Assembly (NCBI GenBank): GCA_944391535.1
Contig: CALXTY010000001.1
Location: 20-64,019 of the forward strand
Length of the DNA: 64,000 nt
Origin: an uncultured Alphaproteobacteria bacterium
GTDB lineage: Bacteria > Pseudomonadota > Alphaproteobacteria > CAAGCB01 > CAG-977
Reading direction: 5' to 3'
Below, in pieces: positions 49,824 to 58,903 of the stretch (positions are counted from its first letter, which is position 1; each line of letters begins with the position of its first letter). The position numbers and the translations under genes were made by a program. The notes beneath the pieces are model-generated. The model made no database searches. It was not told where the DNA came from and saw nothing but the letters and a program-made list of their open reading frames with translations.

Positions 49824-51210
49824 TATTATCGATCGGGTAAATGAGAAAAACACCGAAGAAGACTATCAATCTGCTTTGTCGATCGGCTTGGCTTTTTTGG
49901 AAAAAGACGATGAAAATTATTCGCTATGGATTGCCATCGGGAATGCTTATTACGGTTTAAAACGGTACGACGAGGCGGAACAGGCATACTTAAAAGCGTC
50001 TGAGCTGTCCTTTCAAGACGTGATATCGTTGTCGAATTTAGCCGGTTTATATTTCGAAACGAACCGTTTTAAAGAAGGCTTGTCCGTCTGTGATCAAGCT
50101 TTGGCTCGTCGATCGGATTACGTAAATGTGTATATACATCGCGGTAATATGTTGTCTTCTTTAAATCGATACGCAGAGGCAAAGAAAGATTATCAAAAAG
50201 CCTTGGAGCTGTCTCCCGAAGATCCGTTGACTTTATTTAATTACGCTTATGCTCTGGTGATGACGGAGGAACCGGAACAAGCCGGAGATCTTTATCGCAG
50301 ATTATTAGCGACGGCGCCGGAAGATCCGGAATATTTGTTTGCATACGCTTCTTTTTTGGAAAAGATGCAAGAATATGAAAGAGCCGCGGAAATTTATTTA
50401 AGACTGCTTAAACAAGAGGATAAATCGATCAATCATATAATTTTGGGCGGTTGTTTATACAATCTGTTATTGTGTAATGAAACGGAAACGGTTTTTCGTT
50501 TAACGGACGAATGGTTGCGGGCTTTTCCGGATAATCCGGTGGCGTTGCATACATTGGAAACATTAAAAAATTCACATGAAGTGGATCGGGCATCCGTTGC
50601 GTATGTTCAGGAGTTGTTTGATGCTTTTGCGGATTCCTTTGATTCTGTTTTGTCCGGATTGTCTTATCGGGCGCCGGAATTGGTGGCGGAGGCGGTAAAG
50701 CAAAAAGGCCAATCCTTTTCTTGCGTTTTGGATTTGGGATGCGGGACGGGATTATGCGGGCAAGCATTACAAGAAGAAGGCATAGAAACGCTTTCGCTGA
50801 CGGGGGTGGATTTGTCAACCGGTATGTTGGAAAAAGCCAGGCAAAGGAATATTTATAACAATTTGATTCAAAGCGATATTTTATCTTTTCTTCCACTGAA
50901 TGAGGGGCGTTTTGATTTGATCATTTCAGCCGACGTGTTTACGTATTTGGGGGATTTGTCCAAATTGTTCAGCGGACTTCATAAAGCTTTGAAGTCCGGC
51001 GGGACAGTGGTTTTTACAGTCAGCGAGAATAAAGAAAATAAAGATCAATATGCGTTTGAACTTTCGGGACGTTTTGTTCACGGCAGGGAATATATTTTAA
51101 AGGAACTGAAAAAAGCTGGTTTCTTAATACAAAGGATTTCCGAAGTTGATTTACGACAGGAATTGGGACAATCGGTTTATGGTTTATTGGTTATATGTAT
51201 GAAAAAATAA
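49783..51210 (+). CDS. TPR-repeat protein fused to class I SAM-dependent methyltransferase (tandem paralog)
   Basis: TPRs plus VLDLGCGTGLCGQAL motif I. Start is ambiguous (49738, 49783 or 49807). Confidence 0.65.
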   Translation: MPSPYRKEMIRISDIIDRVNEKNTEEDYQSALSIGLAFLEKDDENYSLWIAIGNAYYGLKRYDEAEQAYLKASELSFQDVISLSNLAGLYFETNRFKEGLSVCDQALARRSDYVNVYIHRGNMLSSLNRYAEAKKDYQKALELSPEDPLTLFNYAYALVMTEEPEQAGDLYRRLLATAPEDPEYLFAYASFLEKMQEYERAAEIYLRLLKQEDKSINHIILGGCLYNLLLCNETETVFRLTDEWLRAFPDNPVALHTLETLKNSHEVDRASVAYVQELFDAFADSFDSVLSGLSYRAPELVAEAVKQKGQSFSCVLDLGCGTGLCGQALQEEGIETLSLTGVDLSTGMLEKARQRNIYNNLIQSDILSFLPLNEGRFDLIISADVFTYLGDLSKLFSGLHKALKSGGTVVFTVSENKENKDQYAFELSGRFVHGREYILKELKKAGFLIQRISEVDLRQELGQSVYGLLVICMKK

Positions 51211-51283
51211 AAACTTGATCTTTTTTTAACAATCTTGTTAAAAAAAGACGTGAGTTGTTTTTATTTGTCGGAGACAGGAAATA

Positions 51284-52552
51284 ATGACAGAGATAACGGA
51301 AGAAATTGTTGAAGTAAAAGTTGAAAAAAAAAGAATTCGTTTGTTTTCAAAAGCTTGGTTTGAAAAGTTGTTGAATAACGAAGCGACAAGCGGTTTAGTG
51401 ATGATCTTTGCGATGATTGTCGCCATTATTTGTGCGAACACAGCGGCTAGAGAACCTGTGCATCACTTTTTGCTAACGACGATCACTTTGGGGATCGGCG
51501 ATCAAATGTTTCCGAAATCCATTGAATGGTGGGTAAATGATATTTTAATGGTCTTTTTCTTTTTGCAAGTCGGATTGGAACTTAAGCGTGAAATGAAAGA
51601 AGGGTTTTTATCCGATATTCGTCAGGTTTTTGTTCCATGTATTGCCGCTCTGGGCGGGATCTGTTGTCCGGCGGTGATTTATGCGATTATCAATAATTCG
51701 TCTCCGCAATATATGCACGGTTGGGCGATTCCGACGGCGACGGATATCGCTTTTGCCGTTTGCGTTTTAATGTTGGTTGGCAAACACGTTCCGCAGGCGG
51801 CGAAAATTTTCTTGTTGGCGATTGCCATTTTTGATGATTTGGGAGCGATTATCATTATTGCTTTATTCTATAATCAAGGTGTTTATTTGTCTTTATTAGG
51901 CTATGCCTGTATAGCGATTTTTGCCTTGTATTTGCTCAATAAGATGCAGGTGACGTATTTTTTGCCTTATTTATTATTAGGTGTTGTGCTGTGGTTGTGC
52001 TTTTTAAACGGAGGCATTCATACAACAATCGCCGGTGTTGTTGTCGCAATGGCTTATCCGATGCGAGTGGACGGGGAAAAGGAATCTCCGTTAAACCGAC
52101 TGATGAAAGTGTTAAAACCGTGGGTGGATTTCTTTATTTTACCGGTATTCGCTTTCGCCAGTGCGGGACTTTATTTTGGCGGCGTAACGGTAGAAACATT
52201 TACGCATACGTTGACATTAGGGATTATTTTCGGTCTTTTTCTCGGTAAACAGATTGGTATTTTTGCCACGACTTGGGTTTTGATCAAATTAAAAATTGCC
52301 GCTTTTCCGAAGTCTGTAACGATGTTGGATCTGTATGGTGTCGCCGTTGTTGCGGGGATCGGTTTTACGATGGCGTTGTTTGTCGGGAAATTGGCGTTAC
52401 CGGGTGAAACGATGCAACAGGAAATTCGATTGGGCGTTATTTGCGGTTCTGTGATTTCCGCATTATGGGGAGCGGTCGTTTTCCATTATGGTCGCCGTTT
52501 GAAACAGTGGTTTATGGTTAAAGTGTTAAAGAAAGAAAATCTACCGCTGTAG
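51284..52552 (+). CDS. nhaA: Na+/H+ antiporter NhaA
   Basis: NhaA fold with the conserved ATDIAFA and DDLGAI motifs. Confidence 0.85.
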   Translation: MTEITEEIVEVKVEKKRIRLFSKAWFEKLLNNEATSGLVMIFAMIVAIICANTAAREPVHHFLLTTITLGIGDQMFPKSIEWWVNDILMVFFFLQVGLELKREMKEGFLSDIRQVFVPCIAALGGICCPAVIYAIINNSSPQYMHGWAIPTATDIAFAVCVLMLVGKHVPQAAKIFLLAIAIFDDLGAIIIIALFYNQGVYLSLLGYACIAIFALYLLNKMQVTYFLPYLLLGVVLWLCFLNGGIHTTIAGVVVAMAYPMRVDGEKESPLNRLMKVLKPWVDFFILPVFAFASAGLYFGGVTVETFTHTLTLGIIFGLFLGKQIGIFATTWVLIKLKIAAFPKSVTMLDLYGVAVVAGIGFTMALFVGKLALPGETMQQEIRLGVICGSVISALWGAVVFHYGRRLKQWFMVKVLKKENLPL

Positions 52553-52565
52553 TTGCCAGCAAAAA

Positions 52566-52592
52566 AGCCCCGAAATATTCGGGGCTTTTTTG
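52566..52592 (+). terminator. Rho-independent terminator of nhaA (AGCCCCGAAatatTCGGGGCT + T6)
   Basis: Perfect GC-rich stem with a T-run. Confidence 0.7.
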
Positions 52593-52597
52593 TATAA

Positions 52598-53150
52598 AGA
52601 AAACCCCGCGCTAGGCGCGTGGTTCGGGAAAGCTTATAGCTATGCACAAAAAACTCCTTTGATACAATGAAAGTCGGTCTGGTGGAACGACAATCGCTGA
52701 AGTCAAAGGAGCTATCATATGAATGATTTAAATAAACTATCACACACGACATGGAATTGCAAATATCACATAGTGTTTGCACCGAAATACCGCCGAAGAT
52801 GAGCGTGTCAGGATTTATGGGCTTTCTAAAGGGCAAAAGCAGTTTGATGATCTGCGAACACTGGAGCAACATCAAGTTCAAATACCGCAACAGGGAATTT
52901 TGGTGTAAAAGATATTATGTAGATACGGTTGGCAAAAATACGCGGCTAATCGCTGAATACATCAGGAAACAATTGGAAGAGGATGCCGCTTCGGATCAAC
53001 TGACCTTAGATATCACCGACCCGTTTACGGGTAGTAAGTAACGGATTGCACGCACTAAACCGACTTAACACCGTTCAGGCGTCGCCAGTGCCATGAGGGC
53101 TACGCCCGTATATGAAGAACCCCGCGTTTTACGCGGGGATCCCTTTTTGT
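52598..53150 (+). mobile_element. IS200/IS605-family insertion sequence remnant (internally deleted IS200-like)
   Basis: Terminal hairpins (CCGCGCtagGCGCG at the left end, CCCCGCGttttaCGCGGGG at the right). Interrupted tnpA with near-identity to enterobacterial IS200 TnpA peptides. About 150 bp shorter than an intact IS200. Confidence 0.7.
52719..53041 (+). pseudogene. tnpA: IS200 Y1-transposase tnpA, disrupted by an internal out-of-frame deletion
   Basis: Frame a gives MNDLNKLSHTTWNCKYHIVFAPKYRRR*. Frame b continues ...EIPPKMSVSGFMGFLKGKSSLM...KFKYRNREFWC.RYYVDTVGKN. About 40 codons, including the HxH catalytic region, are missing. Confidence 0.7.
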
Positions 53151-53157
53151 TTTGTTT

Positions 53158-54171
53158 TTAACGACCCTTTCCTTTTTGAGCGGCCGCTTTAACTGCGGAT
53201 TTGCTTTTTTCCAGTTTGACCTGTTTAAGAATGACCGCACAATTGGTTTTTTCTCCGTTTGAACGGTTGACGGCGATCTTGTCCAATCCCAACTGTTCGG
53301 CGGTACGTTTGTATTTCGTCATATACGGGAATAAAGCGCGGGACAATTTATAAGCTTGTTTTTCGCTGATGGATAATTTTGCAGACGTTTCCATAATCTT
53401 GTCGTCTTTTAAGAATTGGTTTCCGTCGTAGTCTTTGCATAAAGTATCAACGATCTGCTTTGTCGATCTGTTTTCAGCGAAATATTGCGGTTCCAGTTCT
53501 TTTTGTTTTTTCAGTTCTCGGGCGATCTGAGACATATAATCGACGTATGTATCCGCATAGGAAGATTTTACTTTCAGGTCATACCATGTTAACAAGGCAT
53601 CGGCGCGCGCTTTTTCGACATCACCTGTTTCTTTGAACGTTTTATCAAAAGCCGTGCTCATCGGCGCATAACCGGATTTTTGATGGGCGGCCCAGATTTT
53701 AGGATTTTTTTCACGCATTTCATGAGCGTACATCACTTCGGCTGCGCAAGCGTCTGCTTCGATCGCAAAACCGCTGACCAGAAAAGCCTTGGGGGTCATT
53801 TCGGGAGAAGTCGTTTCCATTTTGGAATCCTGCCAGGCATGACGGACTTCATGGACAAAAGTAACGGCCAAATCTTCGTCCGACATGGCAGGATTAAGAG
53901 CCACTAAATTATTGTCGGGAGAAAAATAACCGTAATAATTCATTTTTTCGAAAATAATTTTCGACCCTTTTTGTTCAAGGAACTCAAGCGTCTGTTGTCC
54001 GGTTTTGCTTTCGGCCAACATTTTTTTCAATCGTTCGAGTCTTTCTGGCGATTGATCGGCTTTTTGTTTTTTAAACGCCTTTGCCAAAGGACGGGAACGA
54101 TCCGCCTGTTGACCGCTGGGATAATGAGAAATGTTTCCGATTGCCAAAAATTCGTGGTAGCTTAAAACCAT
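53158..54171 (-). CDS. Hypothetical protein with HExxH zincin-like motif
   Basis: VTFVHEVRHAWQD (HExxH) with downstream Glu residues. No signal peptide. Confidence 0.4.
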   Translation of the reverse strand: MVLSYHEFLAIGNISHYPSGQQADRSRPLAKAFKKQKADQSPERLERLKKMLAESKTGQQTLEFLEQKGSKIIFEKMNYYGYFSPDNNLVALNPAMSDEDLAVTFVHEVRHAWQDSKMETTSPEMTPKAFLVSGFAIEADACAAEVMYAHEMREKNPKIWAAHQKSGYAPMSTAFDKTFKETGDVEKARADALLTWYDLKVKSSYADTYVDYMSQIARELKKQKELEPQYFAENRSTKQIVDTLCKDYDGNQFLKDDKIMETSAKLSISEKQAYKLSRALFPYMTKYKRTAEQLGLDKIAVNRSNGEKTNCAVILKQVKLEKSKSAVKAAAQKGKGR

Positions 54172-54248
54172 AATAAAGTTCTCCCTGACTAACTAAAGAG
54201 CACTATGAGGGAAAAAATAATTTTTGTCAACTTTTTTGTACATTTTTT

Positions 54249-55490
54249 TTATAAATAAAGTTCTTCCGGCGTAAAACTTTTTCCGGCGGCGCCATTATTG
54301 ACGACGTGCATATACAACTGATAAAGTTTTTGGGCTTTTTGCAGGGCGAAACGGACGACATCTCTTTGAGTATCGAAGCCTTTTTGAGGATCGATCAAAG
54401 GAACCATAATCCTGATGACGGCTGTTTTTCCGTTTTCTTTAAAGAGCATATCGTTGTCCATATAGGGTTGATAAGGGGCTTGTATCGTCGCCAAAGGCGT
54501 CATTGCGAAAGACAGATCCATAAAGCCCTGCGGCATTTTATGTATAATTTTGATTTCACGTGGAAATTCTTGGGGATCGAATTCGACCCATGCCGCTTCT
54601 TCAGCACTTCCGGTCGGTTTTTGCATTCCCAGTTCGGGAAAAAGTTTTTTAACAAAAATTTGCATATCGTTAAAAAATTTCCCCACAATAGTATCTTCGG
54701 CTTCGCGATATCCGGGGGGCAGATTAAAGACGCCTCCGGGGAAGACGCGAAAGTCTGATGCGGAAGCTTTCTTTTTCGGGGTAAAGAGCATTTCACTATG
54801 TTGTGCGGAGATACCTTGCGAGGCAGACTGAAAAGCGAGCGCTTCTGTTGATATGTTTTGACAGGACGTCATTTGTTTTTTATCAGTGGCGGAATCGTTT
54901 TGATTTTGGACAATCGCACAGGATGTGACAGGCGGATTGTCTTGTTGCATTTGTCTGCGCCCTTGTTCGATCGCTTGTCGGATCAGCGTTTTTTTATAGG
55001 CGGATCTTTCGGGGGTGGCGCTGTTAGATTCAGCGGCGGCGCGTAAAAACCAATGTTCTATTTCTTCATAGCTCAGGTAGCTGGAAAAGTATTCGGAAGG
55101 TTCAAGGCTTGAAAAATAGGCTTGAGGAGAGAATAGACAAGTTAGATATTCATCCCAATATCCCTCTTGGACGCCTTTTTCGCCGAATTCAAAATATCGT
55201 TGAGCTTGCAGATTTTGTTTTGGCTGGTCAATTTTGTTTTCAATCAGTATAGCGCATTTCTGTCTGTTTGTCATTTCTTCAAAAACAAACAAGATATCGA
55301 CGGATCCCAGCGGTTCTAAGGAGGGGGTGTGCCATGCGCCGATCATTCGTCTGAATTGGCGCGTGCCGTTATAAAGTTTACTGACCAACCATTTTTTAAA
55401 AGGGTCAGAGGACAGCATTTCTTCTAAAACCAGAAGATCCATGTCTCTTTCGGCCAACAAAGTAAACGGAGGAGCGGCTAAATCAATCAT
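54249..55490 (-). CDS. Hypothetical protein with N-terminal PD-(D/E)xK (RecB-like) nuclease motifs
   Basis: D(ILFVFEE)...ILIENKID...QAQRY, i.e. D / ExK / QxxxY motifs within the first ~110 aa. The C-terminal ~300 aa are unassigned. Confidence 0.4.
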   Translation of the reverse strand: MIDLAAPPFTLLAERDMDLLVLEEMLSSDPFKKWLVSKLYNGTRQFRRMIGAWHTPSLEPLGSVDILFVFEEMTNRQKCAILIENKIDQPKQNLQAQRYFEFGEKGVQEGYWDEYLTCLFSPQAYFSSLEPSEYFSSYLSYEEIEHWFLRAAAESNSATPERSAYKKTLIRQAIEQGRRQMQQDNPPVTSCAIVQNQNDSATDKKQMTSCQNISTEALAFQSASQGISAQHSEMLFTPKKKASASDFRVFPGGVFNLPPGYREAEDTIVGKFFNDMQIFVKKLFPELGMQKPTGSAEEAAWVEFDPQEFPREIKIIHKMPQGFMDLSFAMTPLATIQAPYQPYMDNDMLFKENGKTAVIRIMVPLIDPQKGFDTQRDVVRFALQKAQKLYQLYMHVVNNGAAGKSFTPEELYL

Positions 55491-55547
55491 GCAATGTTAT
55501 CCAATATGAAAGCTTTTTTTCTTTTATATACTGAACAGTATTTTTTA

Positions 55548-56291
55548 TCAAACATTAAAAAAGATTGATTTTCCGTGACGCATAATATTTTCAGCTTGTT
55601 GTGTTCTGGATCCGTCCGAGTGCATCAGGACGATCCCCGCGGATAATGTGGCGGCGGAACGTACACCTTTTCTTGCGATGACGATAAAACGTTTGGCGGG
55701 CAATCCTTCTTTTGTCCATATGGGCACAATCTGCAGGGCTCCCAATCTGGGATACAGCAGGGTCATGATTTCCGGCAATCGGTCGGCTCTGTTAATCATT
55801 GCGAAGCGACCGCGGGCGGAAACGTAGCGCAGACAGTTTAAGATCCATTCGTTCAAGGGACACTCTGATTCTCGGTGAGCGATATCGCGGATTTTAGAAG
55901 GAGAGGGTTGTTTATCAAGAACAAAGGGAGGATTTGTTACGACCCAATCGAAAGTCCCTGTTTGCAAACCGTCGATTTTTTTGGAACGTATATCGGCTTG
56001 CAAGATATTGATTTTGTCGGACAGTCGGTTCATGGCAATATTATCCCGAGCCAAATTGATCATTTCAGTTTGGATTTCGATTCCTTTTATTGTTATGTCG
56101 GGGCATCTGGCCGCTATACATAAGCTGACGGCCGCCGAACCGGCGCCGACGTCAAGGATTTTTTGTCCTTTTTTTGCGTTGACGCACGCTGCGAGCAGGA
56201 CGGCGTCGCTGGTCGCCCGATAACCGTTGACCGGTTGCTTTAGTTTAATTTTACCGCCCAAGAAATCGTCAATTGTAAAAGGATAATCCAT
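55548..56291 (-). CDS. trmN6: tRNA1(Val) (adenine37-N6)-methyltransferase
   Basis: Class I MTase motif I ILDVGAGSAAVSL and the TNPPF catalytic motif. Confidence 0.7.
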   Translation of the reverse strand: MDYPFTIDDFLGGKIKLKQPVNGYRATSDAVLLAACVNAKKGQKILDVGAGSAAVSLCIAARCPDITIKGIEIQTEMINLARDNIAMNRLSDKINILQADIRSKKIDGLQTGTFDWVVTNPPFVLDKQPSPSKIRDIAHRESECPLNEWILNCLRYVSARGRFAMINRADRLPEIMTLLYPRLGALQIVPIWTKEGLPAKRFIVIARKGVRSAATLSAGIVLMHSDGSRTQQAENIMRHGKSIFFNV

Positions 56292-56400
56292 GTGTCACCT
56301 GTAAAGATTGAAGCAGTGTACATTTTTTTTAAGGATAAAGTAACTTTTTTCTTGCAGCTGTGAATTTTTATGTTATTCTCGGCGCTGTATTGAATGACGT

Positions 56401-56476
<76 letters not shown>

Positions 56477-56483
56477 TAAAAAC

Positions 56484-56507
56484 CGCAGGAAACTGCGGAT
56501 TTTTTAT
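56484..56507 (+). terminator. Terminator hairpin after tRNA-Ala (CCGCAGgaaaCTGCGG + T6)
   Basis: 6-bp stem with GAAA loop, followed by ATTTTTTAT. Confidence 0.55.
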
Positions 56508-56625
56508 GCCTAAAAGAAAATGGTTAATTTTTAAGTTTTGCATTTTTTGACTATTTTTTGACCGTTTTGACACCTGAAAACATCTTCTTTGACAATCGAG
56601 AACCGTAAAAATTCTTTTGCGCGGG

Positions 56626-56785
56626 TAATTTCGGAAATTTCGATTTTAACAAAAGCAATCTGTCGTCCTTCTTACGGAATTTCGGTAATAAGGGAAACGA
56701 TAAACCTCTTTTCTTATTTTATCGGCGATTCTTGTGAAAGAGCTATCTTCGGTATTTTCGGGAAAACTCGGAAATCTCGTTTCAG
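56626..56785. repeat. Four copies of a TCGGnAATTTCG-like motif between tRNA-Ala and the HU gene
   Basis: The four copies are tcggaaatttcga, cggaatttcgg, tcggtattttcgg and tcggaaatctcg. They are spaced irregularly within 160 bp. Confidence 0.25.
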
Positions 56786-56791
56786 GCATAA

Positions 56792-56825
56792 AAAAGGCGC
56801 GTCCGAACGGACACGCCTTTATCTG
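56792..56825. terminator. Bidirectional hairpin terminator 3' of the HU gene (GGCGCGTCCgaacGGACACGCC flanked by A- and T-runs)
   Basis: 9-bp stem with one mismatch. A5 upstream and T-rich downstream. Confidence 0.45.
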
Positions 56826-56839
56826 TTTTTGAACCGGTA

Positions 56840-57112
56840 TTAGTTCAAGGCGTCTTTCAGACCTTTACCGGCTTTGAATTTCGGCTGTTTGGAAGCCGGA
56901 ATCTTGATTTTGGCACCGGTGCGCGGATTGCGACCTTCGGCCGCAGCACGCTTGGCAACGCTGAACGTGCTGAAGCCGACCAAGCGAACTTCGTCGCCTT
57001 TTTTCAATGTCGCGGCAACCGTGTTCAACAAGGCTTCCGTCGCTTTTTCGGAATCAACTTTCGTCAAGCCGGTGTTCTTCGCGATTTCAGCCACTAATTC
57101 TGCTTTGTTCAT
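56840..57112 (-). CDS. DNA-binding protein HU
   Basis: 90 aa. Contains MNKAELV, the beta-arm RNPRTGA and KIPA, i.e. the canonical HU/IHF fold signature. Confidence 0.9.
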   Translation of the reverse strand: MNKAELVAEIAKNTGLTKVDSEKATEALLNTVAATLKKGDEVRLVGFSTFSVAKRAAAEGRNPRTGAKIKIPASKQPKFKAGKGLKDALN

Positions 57113-57744
57113 AATGCAACTCCATAATCAAATATAAACAGAAGCACAGCTTATCCTTTTTTCAAGGTTTAAGCAAAGTCTTTTCTTGATTGTCAATGCC
57201 CTGTCGCTTAATAGAAAGGTCATTTTCCTTTTTCTAAATTGATACGTGAAACCAAAAAATATTGTCTAAACAAGAACAATGCATTATAATTACTCCTAAT
57301 AAGAAGTTGCAGTCCTATTGTATAGACTGTTTTTCCCTTCTTCTTTTTCAATATTTTTTAGAATTGAAAGGACGAATGACAATGGAAATATCAGTTTATT
57401 TAATCTGTTCTTCTTTTACAGTTTCTCTGGGCGGGAGATAAGAACAAATCTATACAATTGGACGAAACCCGAGAAGCTGTAAAAACGAAAAAAATCTCCC
57501 ACCAAAATAGAGGAGCCTTTTAATTAAGGCTCCTTTTCTCTTGATTGTCAATTCCCTCCGCCTGACGGAAGAAAAACGGTTTCCCCGACTTTCGCTCCGG
57601 TGTCGTTGCAAGCCGGGCGATTCCCCTCCTTTTTCTTGGAATGACAATCGCTTTCTTCTCCCCGACGAAGCACCTCGTAAGGGTTTCAGGCGCGACGCCA
57701 AAAACCCTTTAACAAGTGCTTTTTACAGAGAAGGAGCTTTCAAA

Positions 57745-58617
57745 ATGACTGATAAATTCGACCTCATCGAAACCGTTTCAAACACCATCATCGAACGTTT
57801 GGAAAACTTTTCGGGCGAATGGGAAAAGCCGTTCATTTCCTCTTTTGCCCGGAACATCACGACAAAAAAGGCTTATCGCGGCATCAATATCCTAATTTTG
57901 AACTTTGCCGCTTTGTTCAACGGATTTTCTTCGTCCGTTTGGGGAACTTATCGGCAATGGCAGGAAAAAGGCTATCAGGTCAAGAAAGGCTCAAAGGCGA
58001 CGACCATCGTTTTCTGGAAGCCGCTTTCGTATAAATGCGAAGTCGAAAACACGGAAACCGGGGACATCGAAGAAGTCGAAAATCAGGCTTTTGTCGCCCG
58101 CGCTTATTCCGTTTTTAACGGTTCGCAAGTCGAGGGATTCGGCGAAGACATCGAAAAAGCCGAATTTAGCGTTGAAAAGGACGTGATGGCGTTCTTTGAA
58201 AACACGGACATCACCTATTTTTACGGCGCGACTTTGGCAGGCTATGACCCGAAAAACAATGTTGTCTTAATGCCGGAAAGAAAAGACTTCAAAACGGAAA
58301 CCGGTTTCGTTTCGACTTTGGCGCACGAAACAATCCACGCGACCGGACACAAGAACCGCTTAAACCGGGATATGAAAGGCCGTTTCGGAAATGAATCCTA
58401 CGCCTTTGAGGAACTGATCGCCGACATCGGCGCGGGATTTGTCGCCGGATATTTAGGCTATGACTATCAATTCAGCAAAAACAACCTTGCATATCTTAAA
58501 TCTTGGCTCAAGGTTTTGAAGAACGACAAAAAGGCGATTTTCAAAGCCTGCTCCGAAGCGCAAAAGGCTTTTGACTATCTGCTGACATTTCAGGAAATCG
58601 GACGGGAAGCGGCTTGA
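57745..58617 (+). CDS. ardC: ArdC-family antirestriction protein (ssDNA-binding N-domain + zincin-like metalloprotease domain)
   Basis: N-terminal YRGINILIL, C-terminal HExxH (LAHETIHATGH). AAGGAG RBS lies 8 nt before the ATG at 57745 (the ORF track begins at 57541 upstream of the RBS). Confidence 0.75.
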   Translation: MTDKFDLIETVSNTIIERLENFSGEWEKPFISSFARNITTKKAYRGINILILNFAALFNGFSSSVWGTYRQWQEKGYQVKKGSKATTIVFWKPLSYKCEVENTETGDIEEVENQAFVARAYSVFNGSQVEGFGEDIEKAEFSVEKDVMAFFENTDITYFYGATLAGYDPKNNVVLMPERKDFKTETGFVSTLAHETIHATGHKNRLNRDMKGRFGNESYAFEELIADIGAGFVAGYLGYDYQFSKNNLAYLKSWLKVLKNDKKAIFKACSEAQKAFDYLLTFQEIGREAA

Positions 58618-58647
58618 CCGCTTCCCGCAAAAAGAGGAGAAAGGACA

Positions 58648-58809
58648 ATGAAGATTGCATTTTTCAGACTGACGGTTTACGGCGCGGACGGCTACGAAAA
58701 AGAACATTTCGATTTTCACAGCAAAGCCGCGCAACTGTCCAAATTTTACGAACTGATAGCGCAGGGCTACAAGCGCAACGATTTGGAAAAGACGACATAT
58801 TACTTCTAA
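58648..58809 (+). CDS. Small hypothetical protein (53 aa) downstream of ardC
   Basis: AGGAGAAAGG RBS and ATG at 58648. Product is MKIAFFRLTVYGADGYEKEHFDFHSKAAQLSKFYELIAQGYKRNDLEKTTYYF. Below the ORF-track cutoff. Confidence 0.3.
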   Translation: MKIAFFRLTVYGADGYEKEHFDFHSKAAQLSKFYELIAQGYKRNDLEKTTYYF

Positions 58810-58903
58810 AAAATTCGGGCAGACACGATGCTGTGTCCGCCCCATTTTTCGCCCGATGCCACACCCGATTGCTTCGCAATCCGCCCGAAAAAAAATTTGT
58901 TCT

